From: an uncultured Alphaproteobacteria bacterium
GTDB lineage: Bacteria > Pseudomonadota > Alphaproteobacteria > RF32 > CAG-239
DNA: 54,411 bases
Direction of reading: 5' to 3'
Assembly: GCA_947588275.1 (NCBI GenBank)
Contig: CANPYJ010000005.1
Coordinates: 1 to 54,411, forward strand
Positions 1-7,956 of this stretch are shown here, piece after piece. Positions within the stretch are counted from its first letter, which is position 1, and each line of letters opens with the position of its first letter. The notes below the pieces were generated by a model. The model made no database searches, had not been told where the DNA came from, and saw only the letters and a program-made list of their open reading frames with translations. The position numbers and the translations under genes were made by a program.

Positions 1-141
1 CTAAACATCACGCCGGACACACCGGTAGATCTTTCGGAAGATGGTATTTTGATGGTCTTTATTAAGGCAATCATACGACATGAGAACGGCATACAACCAT
101 ACTCTAATGAAACTCTCTTGAAAGGAATACGAATGTCATGA
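1..141 (+). CDS. 3' end of a putative phage endolysin/virion lysozyme-like protein (partial)
   Basis: Frame 1 reads LNITPDTPVDLSEDGILMVFIKAIIRHENGIQPYSNETLLKGIRMS*. The AIIRHENG..PY motif is typical of a phage lysis-region family. The stop overlaps the holin start (ATGA). Confidence 0.5.
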   Translation, partial: LNITPDTPVDLSEDGILMVFIKAIIRHENGIQPYSNETLLKGIRMS

Positions 142-356
142 AAAAGCGGCTTTGGATCCCGGTCCTCGGGTGGATTCTGTGTTACGGGTTCCTCCATAAC
201 TGTTTGATCGCACCTATAACGGGTCTTCCGGTAGTGGACTGGGAGTATTTATTAACGGCCATGGGCATTTTACTCGGTGTAAGTGGCGCACGAGATATTG
301 GATTAAAGGAAAGGCAAAAACAAGATGTTGAACAGAATAACAAAACTTTGGAATAA
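138..356 (+). CDS. Holin (3TM/GTA-holin-like)
   Basis: 72 aa, hydrophobic segments with a W.P.LGW motif, charged C-tail; lies between the putative endolysin and the spanins. Confidence 0.7.
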   Translation: MKKRLWIPVLGWILCYGFLHNCLIAPITGLPVVDWEYLLTAMGILLGVSGARDIGLKERQKQDVEQNNKTLE

Positions 357-546
357 GGGTAAATACTGGATAATCGCCGGAGCGGTGGCCGTCTTATATA
401 TGCTCGGCTATCGGCACGGCAAGGAAAAAGAACAAGTTAAAGTAATGAAAGGAACGGTGGACAATGTTAAAACAGCTAAAAAAAGTCGGGACAGCCTGGC
501 TGATCCTGAGCGCGCTAAGCGGTTGCACAACAAATATAAACGGTGA
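325..546 (+). CDS. Inner-membrane spanin (Rz-like)
   Basis: N-terminal TM helix (YWIIAGAVAVLYMLGY) followed by a charged helical segment; overlapped by a lipoprotein ORF. Confidence 0.65.
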   Translation: MLNRITKLWNKGKYWIIAGAVAVLYMLGYRHGKEKEQVKVMKGTVDNVKTAKKSRDSLADPERAKRLHNKYKR

Positions 547-658
547 TTTTTGCCTTTTATACGAACCGGTGTATGCAGATTATGAGCACGACACCCCCGA
601 AACTGTCCGTCAAATTGATAGAAACAATGTGGTTTACGATGATTTATGTACAAGATGA
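464..658 (+). CDS. Outer-membrane spanin lipoprotein (Rz1-like)
   Basis: Lipobox LSALSG-C, short Cys-containing mature part; overlaps the Rz-like gene in another frame. Confidence 0.7.
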   Translation: MLKQLKKVGTAWLILSALSGCTTNINGDFCLLYEPVYADYEHDTPETVRQIDRNNVVYDDLCTR

Positions 659-661
659 AGC

Positions 662-698
662 AGACTCCGCAGGAACAAAAACCTGCGGGGCTCTTTTT
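662..698 (+). terminator. Rho-independent terminator of the lysis cassette
   Basis: ccgcagg-aacaaaaa-cctgcgg hairpin followed by ctcttttt; lies between convergent genes. Confidence 0.65.
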
Positions 699-2433
699 AA
701 TCAAGTTCTTTTAAATAATCGTTTACCATATCTGTCAAAAGTTGACGCCGTTTTGCTATAAATTCAGGATATTTACTTATATTCCAAAGGCTTTGATCTG
801 TTGGAATACAATGCTTTTTGAAGTTTTCTTCGCCTTTTTTGACAAGAACTTCTGGCAGATATACAGCTGGATCATCATTTTTAATCAAAACATTCGTGCG
901 TTTTACAATAAAGGTTTGGTTAGCAATGTCATTTATTTGATCACGCTCGTATTTTCCTTTTAAGAAATCCTGAGGGAATATATGGTGAAATTCAATTTGA
1001 TTGCGGTTTGCAACGTTATTCATGCTTAAAACTTGAGGTGTATTCCAGTCCAATGCGCCATTATGTCTCATGACTGTAAACATAGTTTTGAAAATGCCAC
1101 TGGCTGTGTTTTTATTTTCAAAATCTGTTGTATGGAAATCAAGTCTGCCGAATTGCATTTTAAGGTTATCCAATAACCCCTGTAAGTTATTGTTTTTGAT
1201 AGCATACAGATCTTGATCCAAAATTGTTTCAGATGAACCTCTTGAATAACGACCTTTTGCATTTGCAATGAGGAACCACTTTTTGATTATTTTTGCCTCG
1301 TTATCCGTAAGAATATTGTTTTTCATGTGGTACAAGAATGAAAGCGATACGATAAAGTACGGTGACGACAATGTCGCATCAGTTTCAAGACCAAACGTAT
1401 TTTTTAGCTCATCCAATGTATGTTCAAGAGCTTTTGTTACTTTCGGCCAAGCGCCTTCCAAATCCTCTTTTGTTAATGACGGCACAATCTTAAATTTTGA
1501 TTGCGATGTCAATATAGCAACAAGTGTTCTGACGATGATGCCTGTGCTGATATCCCAACCATGTTTTTCACAGTTTTCGGCTTCTTTATTGAATTTTATT
1601 AAGGCACCTTCGTTAATTCCCTCCGCTGTTTCAATAGTTGGCCATTTGGCTGTAATTTGCGCTAAAGCCAAATCAGAACCTTTTAGTTTTGTGCCGGCAG
1701 AGTTTACGCGCACAAAAATTTCAGTGACTTCTTCATATGACATACCTGCAGGAAGAGTTTTTACTTGGAAGTCGTAATTTTCTATATTTTTGAGAGCTGT
1801 AAAACGATCCATATATTTCTTTAAACGTTGCTCTCCTTCAGGGGTTTTAATGTCGCCGGCTCTTTGCATAATGTCGGTAACCGATACTTTATTAGCAAAA
1901 ACACCTGCAACAGAAATCCAATTTTGTTGGCTTTTTACAAGCGGGTTTTCAACCACAAAAGCACGACGATTTAAATCATCAAGACGGCTTTTATTTTCTT
2001 CCTCATCTGAAGTAATCTTGATATCATCATCTTCTTCAAACTCTGTTTTATTATCATCATCAGTAGCAACTTTTGTATTTTCCAATTTATCTGGGTGATC
2101 AAGATTAAAATAGATATCAATGGCACGTTTTCTTCCACGTACATTGACAGGCTCGCCGCAAAGGATTGCTTTGAGAGAGGTCAAGCGTTGTTGGCCATCT
2201 AATAACAGATAGTAGGACTCATATTTCGTGTCATCCTGAGAAACCGCAAAATCACGTGTCGGAACCTTTTGTGTTGTTTCCCATCTTAAAATGGTACCAG
2301 TCGGATATTTTCTATACAGAGAATCAAGTAAATCTCTTACTTGTGTAGACTTCCAAACATATGCACGTTGCATTTCCGGAAGACGCATTCTGTTGGATTT
2401 AATTTCATCAATAAGAGTTCTAATTTCAGTCAT
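697..2433 (-). CDS. GmrSD-like (DUF262 + C-terminal HNH/DUF1524) restriction endonuclease
   Basis: DUF262 motifs P..QR.YVW, LLDGQQRLTS and IFVRVNSAG; C-terminal EFHHIFP...N...N HNH-like motif. Confidence 0.85.
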   Translation of the reverse strand: MTEIRTLIDEIKSNRMRLPEMQRAYVWKSTQVRDLLDSLYRKYPTGTILRWETTQKVPTRDFAVSQDDTKYESYYLLLDGQQRLTSLKAILCGEPVNVRGRKRAIDIYFNLDHPDKLENTKVATDDDNKTEFEEDDDIKITSDEEENKSRLDDLNRRAFVVENPLVKSQQNWISVAGVFANKVSVTDIMQRAGDIKTPEGEQRLKKYMDRFTALKNIENYDFQVKTLPAGMSYEEVTEIFVRVNSAGTKLKGSDLALAQITAKWPTIETAEGINEGALIKFNKEAENCEKHGWDISTGIIVRTLVAILTSQSKFKIVPSLTKEDLEGAWPKVTKALEHTLDELKNTFGLETDATLSSPYFIVSLSFLYHMKNNILTDNEAKIIKKWFLIANAKGRYSRGSSETILDQDLYAIKNNNLQGLLDNLKMQFGRLDFHTTDFENKNTASGIFKTMFTVMRHNGALDWNTPQVLSMNNVANRNQIEFHHIFPQDFLKGKYERDQINDIANQTFIVKRTNVLIKNDDPAVYLPEVLVKKGEENFKKHCIPTDQSLWNISKYPEFIAKRRQLLTDMVNDYLKELD

Positions 2434-2449
2434 TTTACATCCTTAAATA

Positions 2450-2950
2450 CTATTTTTTATTAGCATAATGCTTTTTAAAAAGTTCGACAGCTTGTTCTGT
2501 CATTTCTTTTACATCATAGCCTGAAGATATTATATTGCTTGAAATAATTCCTTCTTCGCTTGGGGCTGTCGCTATTTTTTGAAATCTCACGGTAATTTCT
2601 TCTAATACTTCTTTCTCAGCATCTGGTGCATAATTTACTAATAAGGATGCTTGACATACCTTGCTACCCTTAAAATCTTCGTATAATTTAACTTTCATTA
2701 ATTCTGGAATAGTGTTGTATTCCATCACGCCTTGAACATCAACTACTTTTACAGGATGTTGTTCAGCACGCTTGTCAGCTTTAATAAGGGCTTTGTTTAT
2801 CCAGTTAGTATAAGTATCTTTCAACGAATCTTGATTATATCCACAATGTATAACATCCTCATTTTGTTGGATATTACTTCTTTCTCCGAAGAAAAAACCT
2901 ACAAATAGAGACAATACTGCTAATGCAATTATACTCGCTGTATTTTTCAT
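2450..2950 (-). CDS. Hypothetical membrane-anchored/exported protein
   Basis: 166 aa, N-terminal hydrophobic helix, AAAGGGG SD; co-oriented 16 nt upstream of the DUF262 gene. Confidence 0.65.
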   Translation of the reverse strand: MKNTASIIALAVLSLFVGFFFGERSNIQQNEDVIHCGYNQDSLKDTYTNWINKALIKADKRAEQHPVKVVDVQGVMEYNTIPELMKVKLYEDFKGSKVCQASLLVNYAPDAEKEVLEEITVRFQKIATAPSEEGIISSNIISSGYDVKEMTEQAVELFKKHYANKK

Positions 2951-3044
2951 TTAAAGCCCCTTTCGTTTATATAAATAAAATTTTTCACAGTATATCCGTT
3001 GATGATTTAAAATTCAATAACACAATTTTATATTTCATCATGAT

Positions 3045-3641
3045 TTAAATTTTTATCTGTTTTATAAACTCTCTTAATGTATCCCGGTCTACGTGCAATT
3101 GTTTCGCTATTTTGGTTTTACTAATGCCTTTATTCAATAAAGTTTTGATAACATTTTCTTTTCCAGTTAATTTTAGTTGCTTGTTTTTTGTACCTAAAGG
3201 TCTTCCCAAAGTTTTTCCTGCAGCACGACGTGCAGCTAGAGCTTCTTTTGTACGCTGAGAAATCATCTTACGTTCAATTTCTGCAGATAATCCGAATGCA
3301 AATGCTAATACTTTGCTTGAAATGTCATCTCCAAGTTTATAATTGTCTTTAATAGTCCACACGCGTGCATCAGTATCCAATAATTTATTCAGCATTCCCA
3401 TCACCTGTAACAAATTTCTACCTAATCTAGATAGCTCACTTGCAATTATAAGATCATCTTTTTTTATTTTTTTTATTAACTTTCCTAATTTTCGTTTATT
3501 TAAATCGGCGGTTGAACTTATTGTTTCCTCTATCCATTCATCGATATAAAGGTTATTTCTTTTACAAAATTCCTCTATTTCATAATGTTGATTTTCTGTA
3601 GTTTGCTTATCTGTTGAAACGCGAATATATCCGTATATCAT
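3045..3641 (-). CDS. Serine recombinase/DNA invertase (Mpi-like resolvase family)
   Basis: YGYIRVST catalytic Ser motif, ELSRLGR, AEIER..ISQRT, GRP and C-terminal HTH; AAGGA SD. Confidence 0.92.
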   Translation of the reverse strand: MIYGYIRVSTDKQTTENQHYEIEEFCKRNNLYIDEWIEETISSTADLNKRKLGKLIKKIKKDDLIIASELSRLGRNLLQVMGMLNKLLDTDARVWTIKDNYKLGDDISSKVLAFAFGLSAEIERKMISQRTKEALAARRAAGKTLGRPLGTKNKQLKLTGKENVIKTLLNKGISKTKIAKQLHVDRDTLREFIKQIKI

Positions 3642-3665
3642 TTTGTATTCCTTTCTTTAAACTGT

Positions 3666-5036
3666 ATGATAAATCTGCGGTATAATAACGGTCGTATAAA
3701 TTCCGCAGAAACACCGTTTAAAATTCCGGATACATGGATGTGGGTAAAATTAGGAGATATTGCGGATCTATATACAGGTGATAGTATTCCTGAATTAGTA
3801 AAAACAACAAAATATACGAATATAGAAACTGGCTATGATTACATTGGAACTAAAGATGTTGGTTTTGACAATATGATAGCGTATAATAATGGTGTAAAAA
3901 TTCCTTATGATGAAAAAGGATTTAAATATGCTTATGACACATCAATTTTACTTTGTATTGAAGGTGGCAGTGCTGGTAGAAAAATTGGAAAATTAAAAAC
4001 AAAAGTTTGTTTCGGCAATAAATTGTGCGCGATAACACCTTTCGGCTTTGATAACTCTTATTTGTATTATTTTTTACAGTCAGATTTTTTCCGCTTCATG
4101 TTTAATGAGCAAAATAGCGGTATCATTGGTGGAGTAAGTATAAAAAAGATGTTTGAGCTTTCTATTCCTTTACCACCGTTGGCAGAACAAAAACGGATAG
4201 TAGAGAAGATAGAGGAATTGGAACCACTGATTAATCGGTATGGAAAAGCGTCGGAAGAATTGGCTCGTATAAAATCCGCATTTCCGGAAGATTTAAGAAA
4301 TTCTATTTTACAACAGGCTGTTGAGGGAAAATTAGTGCCACAAAACCCTGCAGACGAGCCCGCTGGCGAACTATTGAAACGAATTAAACAAGAGCGCCAA
4401 CAGCAAATTAAAGAAGGAAAAATTAAGCCGTCTAAATTGCCGAAATCAAACGAGCCTTTAAATCCCGCAGATATGCCATTTAAAATACCTGATTCCTGGA
4501 TATGGCAAAGATTAGACAATGTAGGAATATACAAGAAAGGACCTTTTGGAAGTTCGCTAACGAAGGGTATATTTGTTGAAAAATCTGATAATACAGTGAA
4601 AGTTTACGAACAGAAAAATGCAATATATAAAGATGAAAAGTTGGGTAATTACTATATTACAAATGATTATTTTGAACAAAAGATGAAAGGATTTGAAGTT
4701 TTTCCAGGTGATATTATTGTTAGTTGTGCAGGAACAATAGGAGAAACCTTTGTTCTGCCTGATAACATGGAAAAAGGCATTATAAACCAAGCTTTGATGA
4801 AAATAAAAATTAGCAACTATATATATGTTCCTTATTTTCTTGTATATTTTGATTTTATAATTAAAGAAACATCTTCCAATCAAAGTAAAGGTTCGGCTAT
4901 AAAAAATATTCCACCATTTGATATTTTTAAGCAACTGCCAATTCCCATACCACCATTGACGGAGCAAAAGCGGATAGTCAAAAAAATAAAGGACTTAGAC
5001 CTGTTAATTAATAATTTGTTCGAGCTTATTGCTTGA
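3666..5036 (+). CDS. hsdS: Silent hsdS cassette (TRD1b + TRD2b) lacking the N-terminal ~55 aa of the expressed hsdS
   Basis: Two TRDs with PLPPLAEQKRIV spacers; no SD before the ATG; inverted relative to the operon copy and shares two repeats with it. Confidence 0.85.
   Translation: MINLRYNNGRINSAETPFKIPDTWMWVKLGDIADLYTGDSIPELVKTTKYTNIETGYDYIGTKDVGFDNMIAYNNGVKIPYDEKGFKYAYDTSILLCIEGGSAGRKIGKLKTKVCFGNKLCAITPFGFDNSYLYYFLQSDFFRFMFNEQNSGIIGGVSIKKMFELSIPLPPLAEQKRIVEKIEELEPLINRYGKASEELARIKSAFPEDLRNSILQQAVEGKLVPQNPADEPAGELLKRIKQERQQQIKEGKIKPSKLPKSNEPLNPADMPFKIPDSWIWQRLDNVGIYKKGPFGSSLTKGIFVEKSDNTVKVYEQKNAIYKDEKLGNYYITNDYFEQKMKGFEVFPGDIIVSCAGTIGETFVLPDNMEKGIINQALMKIKISNYIYVPYFLVYFDFIIKETSSNQSKGSAIKNIPPFDIFKQLPIPIPPLTEQKRIVKKIKDLDLLINNLFELIA
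3687..3763 (+). repeat. Inverted repeat IR1-left (77 bp)
   Basis: aacggtcgtataaattccgcag...ggagatattgc; exact reverse complement of 6259-6335. Confidence 0.95.
4164..4505 (+). repeat. Inverted repeat IR2-left (342 bp)
   Basis: Reverse complement of 5517-5858; one mismatch seen (KIKPSK vs KIKLSK). Confidence 0.95.
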
Positions 5037-6497
5037 ATCCATTAAATTTTCAACCTTTTTCACGATTTTTTTCTGTTCATTATATGGTGGCATAGGAAAG
5101 GGATATGTCGCAAAAATATCACTTGGAACACGCTGTTGTCCTGCCGTTCCGGTCATATTATTGCTTGCATATTTCATAAAAAAAGGACTTTTAAGATAAA
5201 TTAACACATAGTAAGGATTTATATTAATGCCTCTAAATACATGCAATTCCGTTGTTCCTGCTCCATAACCATTAAACAAATTATGTAAAACAGACGATTT
5301 TTTATTTTCAAAACAAGGTGTTATTTTTGCCATAATTACATCACCATCTTTTAGATGTGTGTAGCCAGATTTTACATCCTTCCATAATTTCTTTTCATCT
5401 ACATTTACAGAAACATTATATTTAGATGAAATTTTATCCATTGGAATAAAGGAAACTTCTAAATTATCTTCTATAACATTTCGTGGATTAATTAGACCGA
5501 TTTCTGACAGAGACGTCCATATCCAGGAATCAGGTATTTTAAATGGCATATCTGCGGGATTTAAAGGCTCGTTTGATTTCGGCAATTTAGACAGCTTAAT
5601 TTTTCCTTCTTTAATTTGCTGTTGGCGCTCTTGTTTAATTCGTTTCAATAGTTCGCCAGCGGGCTCGTCTGCAGGGTTTTGTGGCACTAATTTTCCCTCA
5701 ACAGCCTGTTGTAAAATAGAATTTCTTAAATCTTCCGGAAATGCGGATTTTATACGAGCCAATTCTTCCGACGCTTTTCCATACCGATTAATCAGTGGTT
5801 CCAATTCCTCTATCTTCTCTACTATCCGTTTTTGTTCTGCCAACGGTGGTAAAGGAATCATGAGATTATATAAACTAGATGAATTTAGCGTTTTTCCCTT
5901 AATCGCCTCTTTTGTATCCGTCGTCAATGTAGTTAAATAAGGCAGAACCTTATATAAATATTTAGTTGTATTTTTCTCTATATCTATAAAAGGGAAAATG
6001 GATACTATGGCCTCATTATGAAAAGCATCCATTCCTAATATCGAAACTTTACCTATAGTTAATTTAAAACTCATGAGCAAAGTACCTTGTCGCGAAATTC
6101 TATTCTTAAATACCTCTATATTGGCCTTTTCTGATACTCCTTCTTTTGTTGAATTAATTACTTCTCCATCTATCAAATCAGCAATAGATACCCAAGGATA
6201 ATTTTTTTCCCAATATTCAAAATCGTTGCGTGATGGTGTTTTTCCCATAGGAAAATCAGCAATATCTCCTAATTTTACCCACATCCATGTATCCGGAATT
6301 TTAAACGGTGTTTCTGCGGAATTTATACGACCGTTTTTTTTCTGCGATTTTATTTTTCCTTCTTTAATCAGCTTATTCTTTTCAGCTTGAATCCGCTCAT
6401 ACAGTAGGCTTGCCGGTTCGTCTGACGGATCTTGTGAAACGAGACGACCAGATATTGCGAGCTGCAGTATAGAATTTTTAAGATCAATTGCTTTCAT
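5004..6497 (-). CDS. hsdS: Type I RM specificity subunit, expressed copy (TRD1a + TRD2a)
   Basis: Directly abuts the hsdM stop; full N-terminal LKNSILQLAISGRLV..DEPAS region; two TRDs. Confidence 0.93.
   Translation of the reverse strand: MKAIDLKNSILQLAISGRLVSQDPSDEPASLLYERIQAEKNKLIKEGKIKSQKKNGRINSAETPFKIPDTWMWVKLGDIADFPMGKTPSRNDFEYWEKNYPWVSIADLIDGEVINSTKEGVSEKANIEVFKNRISRQGTLLMSFKLTIGKVSILGMDAFHNEAIVSIFPFIDIEKNTTKYLYKVLPYLTTLTTDTKEAIKGKTLNSSSLYNLMIPLPPLAEQKRIVEKIEELEPLINRYGKASEELARIKSAFPEDLRNSILQQAVEGKLVPQNPADEPAGELLKRIKQERQQQIKEGKIKLSKLPKSNEPLNPADMPFKIPDSWIWTSLSEIGLINPRNVIEDNLEVSFIPMDKISSKYNVSVNVDEKKLWKDVKSGYTHLKDGDVIMAKITPCFENKKSSVLHNLFNGYGAGTTELHVFRGININPYYVLIYLKSPFFMKYASNNMTGTAGQQRVPSDIFATYPFPMPPYNEQKKIVKKVENLMDSSNKLEQIIN
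5517..5858 (-). repeat. Inverted repeat IR2-right (342 bp)
   Basis: Partner of 4164-4505; central conserved region of hsdS. Confidence 0.95.
6259..6335 (-). repeat. Inverted repeat IR1-right (77 bp)
   Basis: Partner of 3687-3763; precedes TRD1 in the expressed hsdS. Confidence 0.95.
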
Positions 6498-7955
6498 TTA
6501 ATTTATTCCTAATATTTTTTTAATTTGAGTAATTACTTCCGACATTTCAGTTTCTAACGCGGCTTTTTGTTGTTCAAACTGTTCAAACAGCTCCTTTGGT
6601 TCCAGTATAACGTTTTCTATCGTTGGATAGCCGCAAAGATCTAAATTAAAATTCCTAGTTTTCAATTCTTCAAATGAATATTTTTTCGCTTTATCAAAGC
6701 CATCTTCTTGAATTTCTTGTCTATTATTCCACCATTCTCTAACAGGATCAAAGTGTTCTAGTTGCATCGGTTTTGTTTTATTAAAAGCTTTTATGCCCTC
6801 AGGCATGTCTAATCTATAGAACCATGTTTCTTTAGTTTGACCTTTTTTATCAAAGAACAGAAGGTTTGTATTAATGCTAGTGTATGGCGCAAAAACGCTT
6901 TTTGGTAATCTGATGACCGTATGTAAATTACATTTTGTGAGTAATTCTTCTTTAATGCGAGTTTTAGCACCACCTTCTCCGAATAGTGCGCCGTCAGGTA
7001 GAACCATAGCGCATCTTCCTGTATTTTTAAGCAGTTTAATAATAAGTACTAAAAACAGATCGGCTGTTTCTTTTGTCCTGACATGTGCCGGAAAATTAGA
7101 TTCTATTCCATCTTCTTCTTCGCCGCCAAATGGTGGATTAGTCAGAATTATATCTACCTTATCTTTTTCAGAATAATCACTTAATGGACGAGCCAAACTG
7201 CCGTTTATAAAGTGTTTAATATTTGGTGCGTCTATTCCGTGTAAAATCATATTTGTTGTACAAAGAATATATGGAAGCTGTTTCTTTTCCCAACCCATAA
7301 TACAGTCGTGTAGCGTATTAAAAGCTTGACCTGTTTTTAATTGAGGATTTAGATACTTAACGGCAGAAGCCAAAAATCCGCCAGTACCGCATGCTGGGTC
7401 TAAGATTTTCTCGCCTAATTTTGGAGCCGTCATTTCCACCATAAACTGAGTAACAGCACGTGGAGTATAGAACTCTCCAGAATGTTTATTATTTTGAAGG
7501 TCTTTTAATAATTGTTCATAAATATCCCCAAATAAATGTTTGTCGGTCCCTTTATTAAAATCAATTTCATCTATCTTATTGATAACCTGACGAAGTAATT
7601 GTCCAGATTTCATATAATTATGAGTATCTTCAAAAACAGATCGGACCATAGCAGCATTTGGATCAGAAATATCTAATTGTTTAAGTCCAGGGAACAGTTC
7701 TTTATTTACAAAATCTAGCAACTCTTCGCCAGTTATACCTTCATCATTCTCTGCCCATGAAGACCATTTTAATTTTTCGGGAATTGGAGATACGTAATCA
7801 TCGTTGATAAGAATATTTTCTTTTTCTCTATCGGAAAAGATTTTTAAAAATAGCATCCAAGTAAGTTGTCCCAGTCTTTGAGCATCGCCATCGACGCCAG
7901 GGTCTTTACGCATAATTTTTTGAATGGATTTTACAATTTGGCTTACATTTGACAT
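6498..7955 (-). CDS. hsdM: Type I RM methyltransferase subunit (m6A)
   Basis: GEFYTPR, DPACGTGGFL and NPPF motifs; start MSNVSQ preceded by GGAGG in the hsdR tail. Confidence 0.95.
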   Translation of the reverse strand: MSNVSQIVKSIQKIMRKDPGVDGDAQRLGQLTWMLFLKIFSDREKENILINDDYVSPIPEKLKWSSWAENDEGITGEELLDFVNKELFPGLKQLDISDPNAAMVRSVFEDTHNYMKSGQLLRQVINKIDEIDFNKGTDKHLFGDIYEQLLKDLQNNKHSGEFYTPRAVTQFMVEMTAPKLGEKILDPACGTGGFLASAVKYLNPQLKTGQAFNTLHDCIMGWEKKQLPYILCTTNMILHGIDAPNIKHFINGSLARPLSDYSEKDKVDIILTNPPFGGEEEDGIESNFPAHVRTKETADLFLVLIIKLLKNTGRCAMVLPDGALFGEGGAKTRIKEELLTKCNLHTVIRLPKSVFAPYTSINTNLLFFDKKGQTKETWFYRLDMPEGIKAFNKTKPMQLEHFDPVREWWNNRQEIQEDGFDKAKKYSFEELKTRNFNLDLCGYPTIENVILEPKELFEQFEQQKAALETEMSEVITQIKKILGIN

Positions 7956-7956
7956 T

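Noticed and set aside
4164-5858. Long inverted repeats as IS/transposon ends or an assembly artefact
   Set aside because: They coincide with conserved hsdS regions, there is no transposase, and the TRDs between and around them are all different.
6334-6341. A8 tract in the expressed hsdS next to IR1 as a slipped-strand ON/OFF switch
   Set aside because: Runs of 7-8 A/T are common throughout this AT-rich island, and this one is better explained as part of the recombination-site arm.
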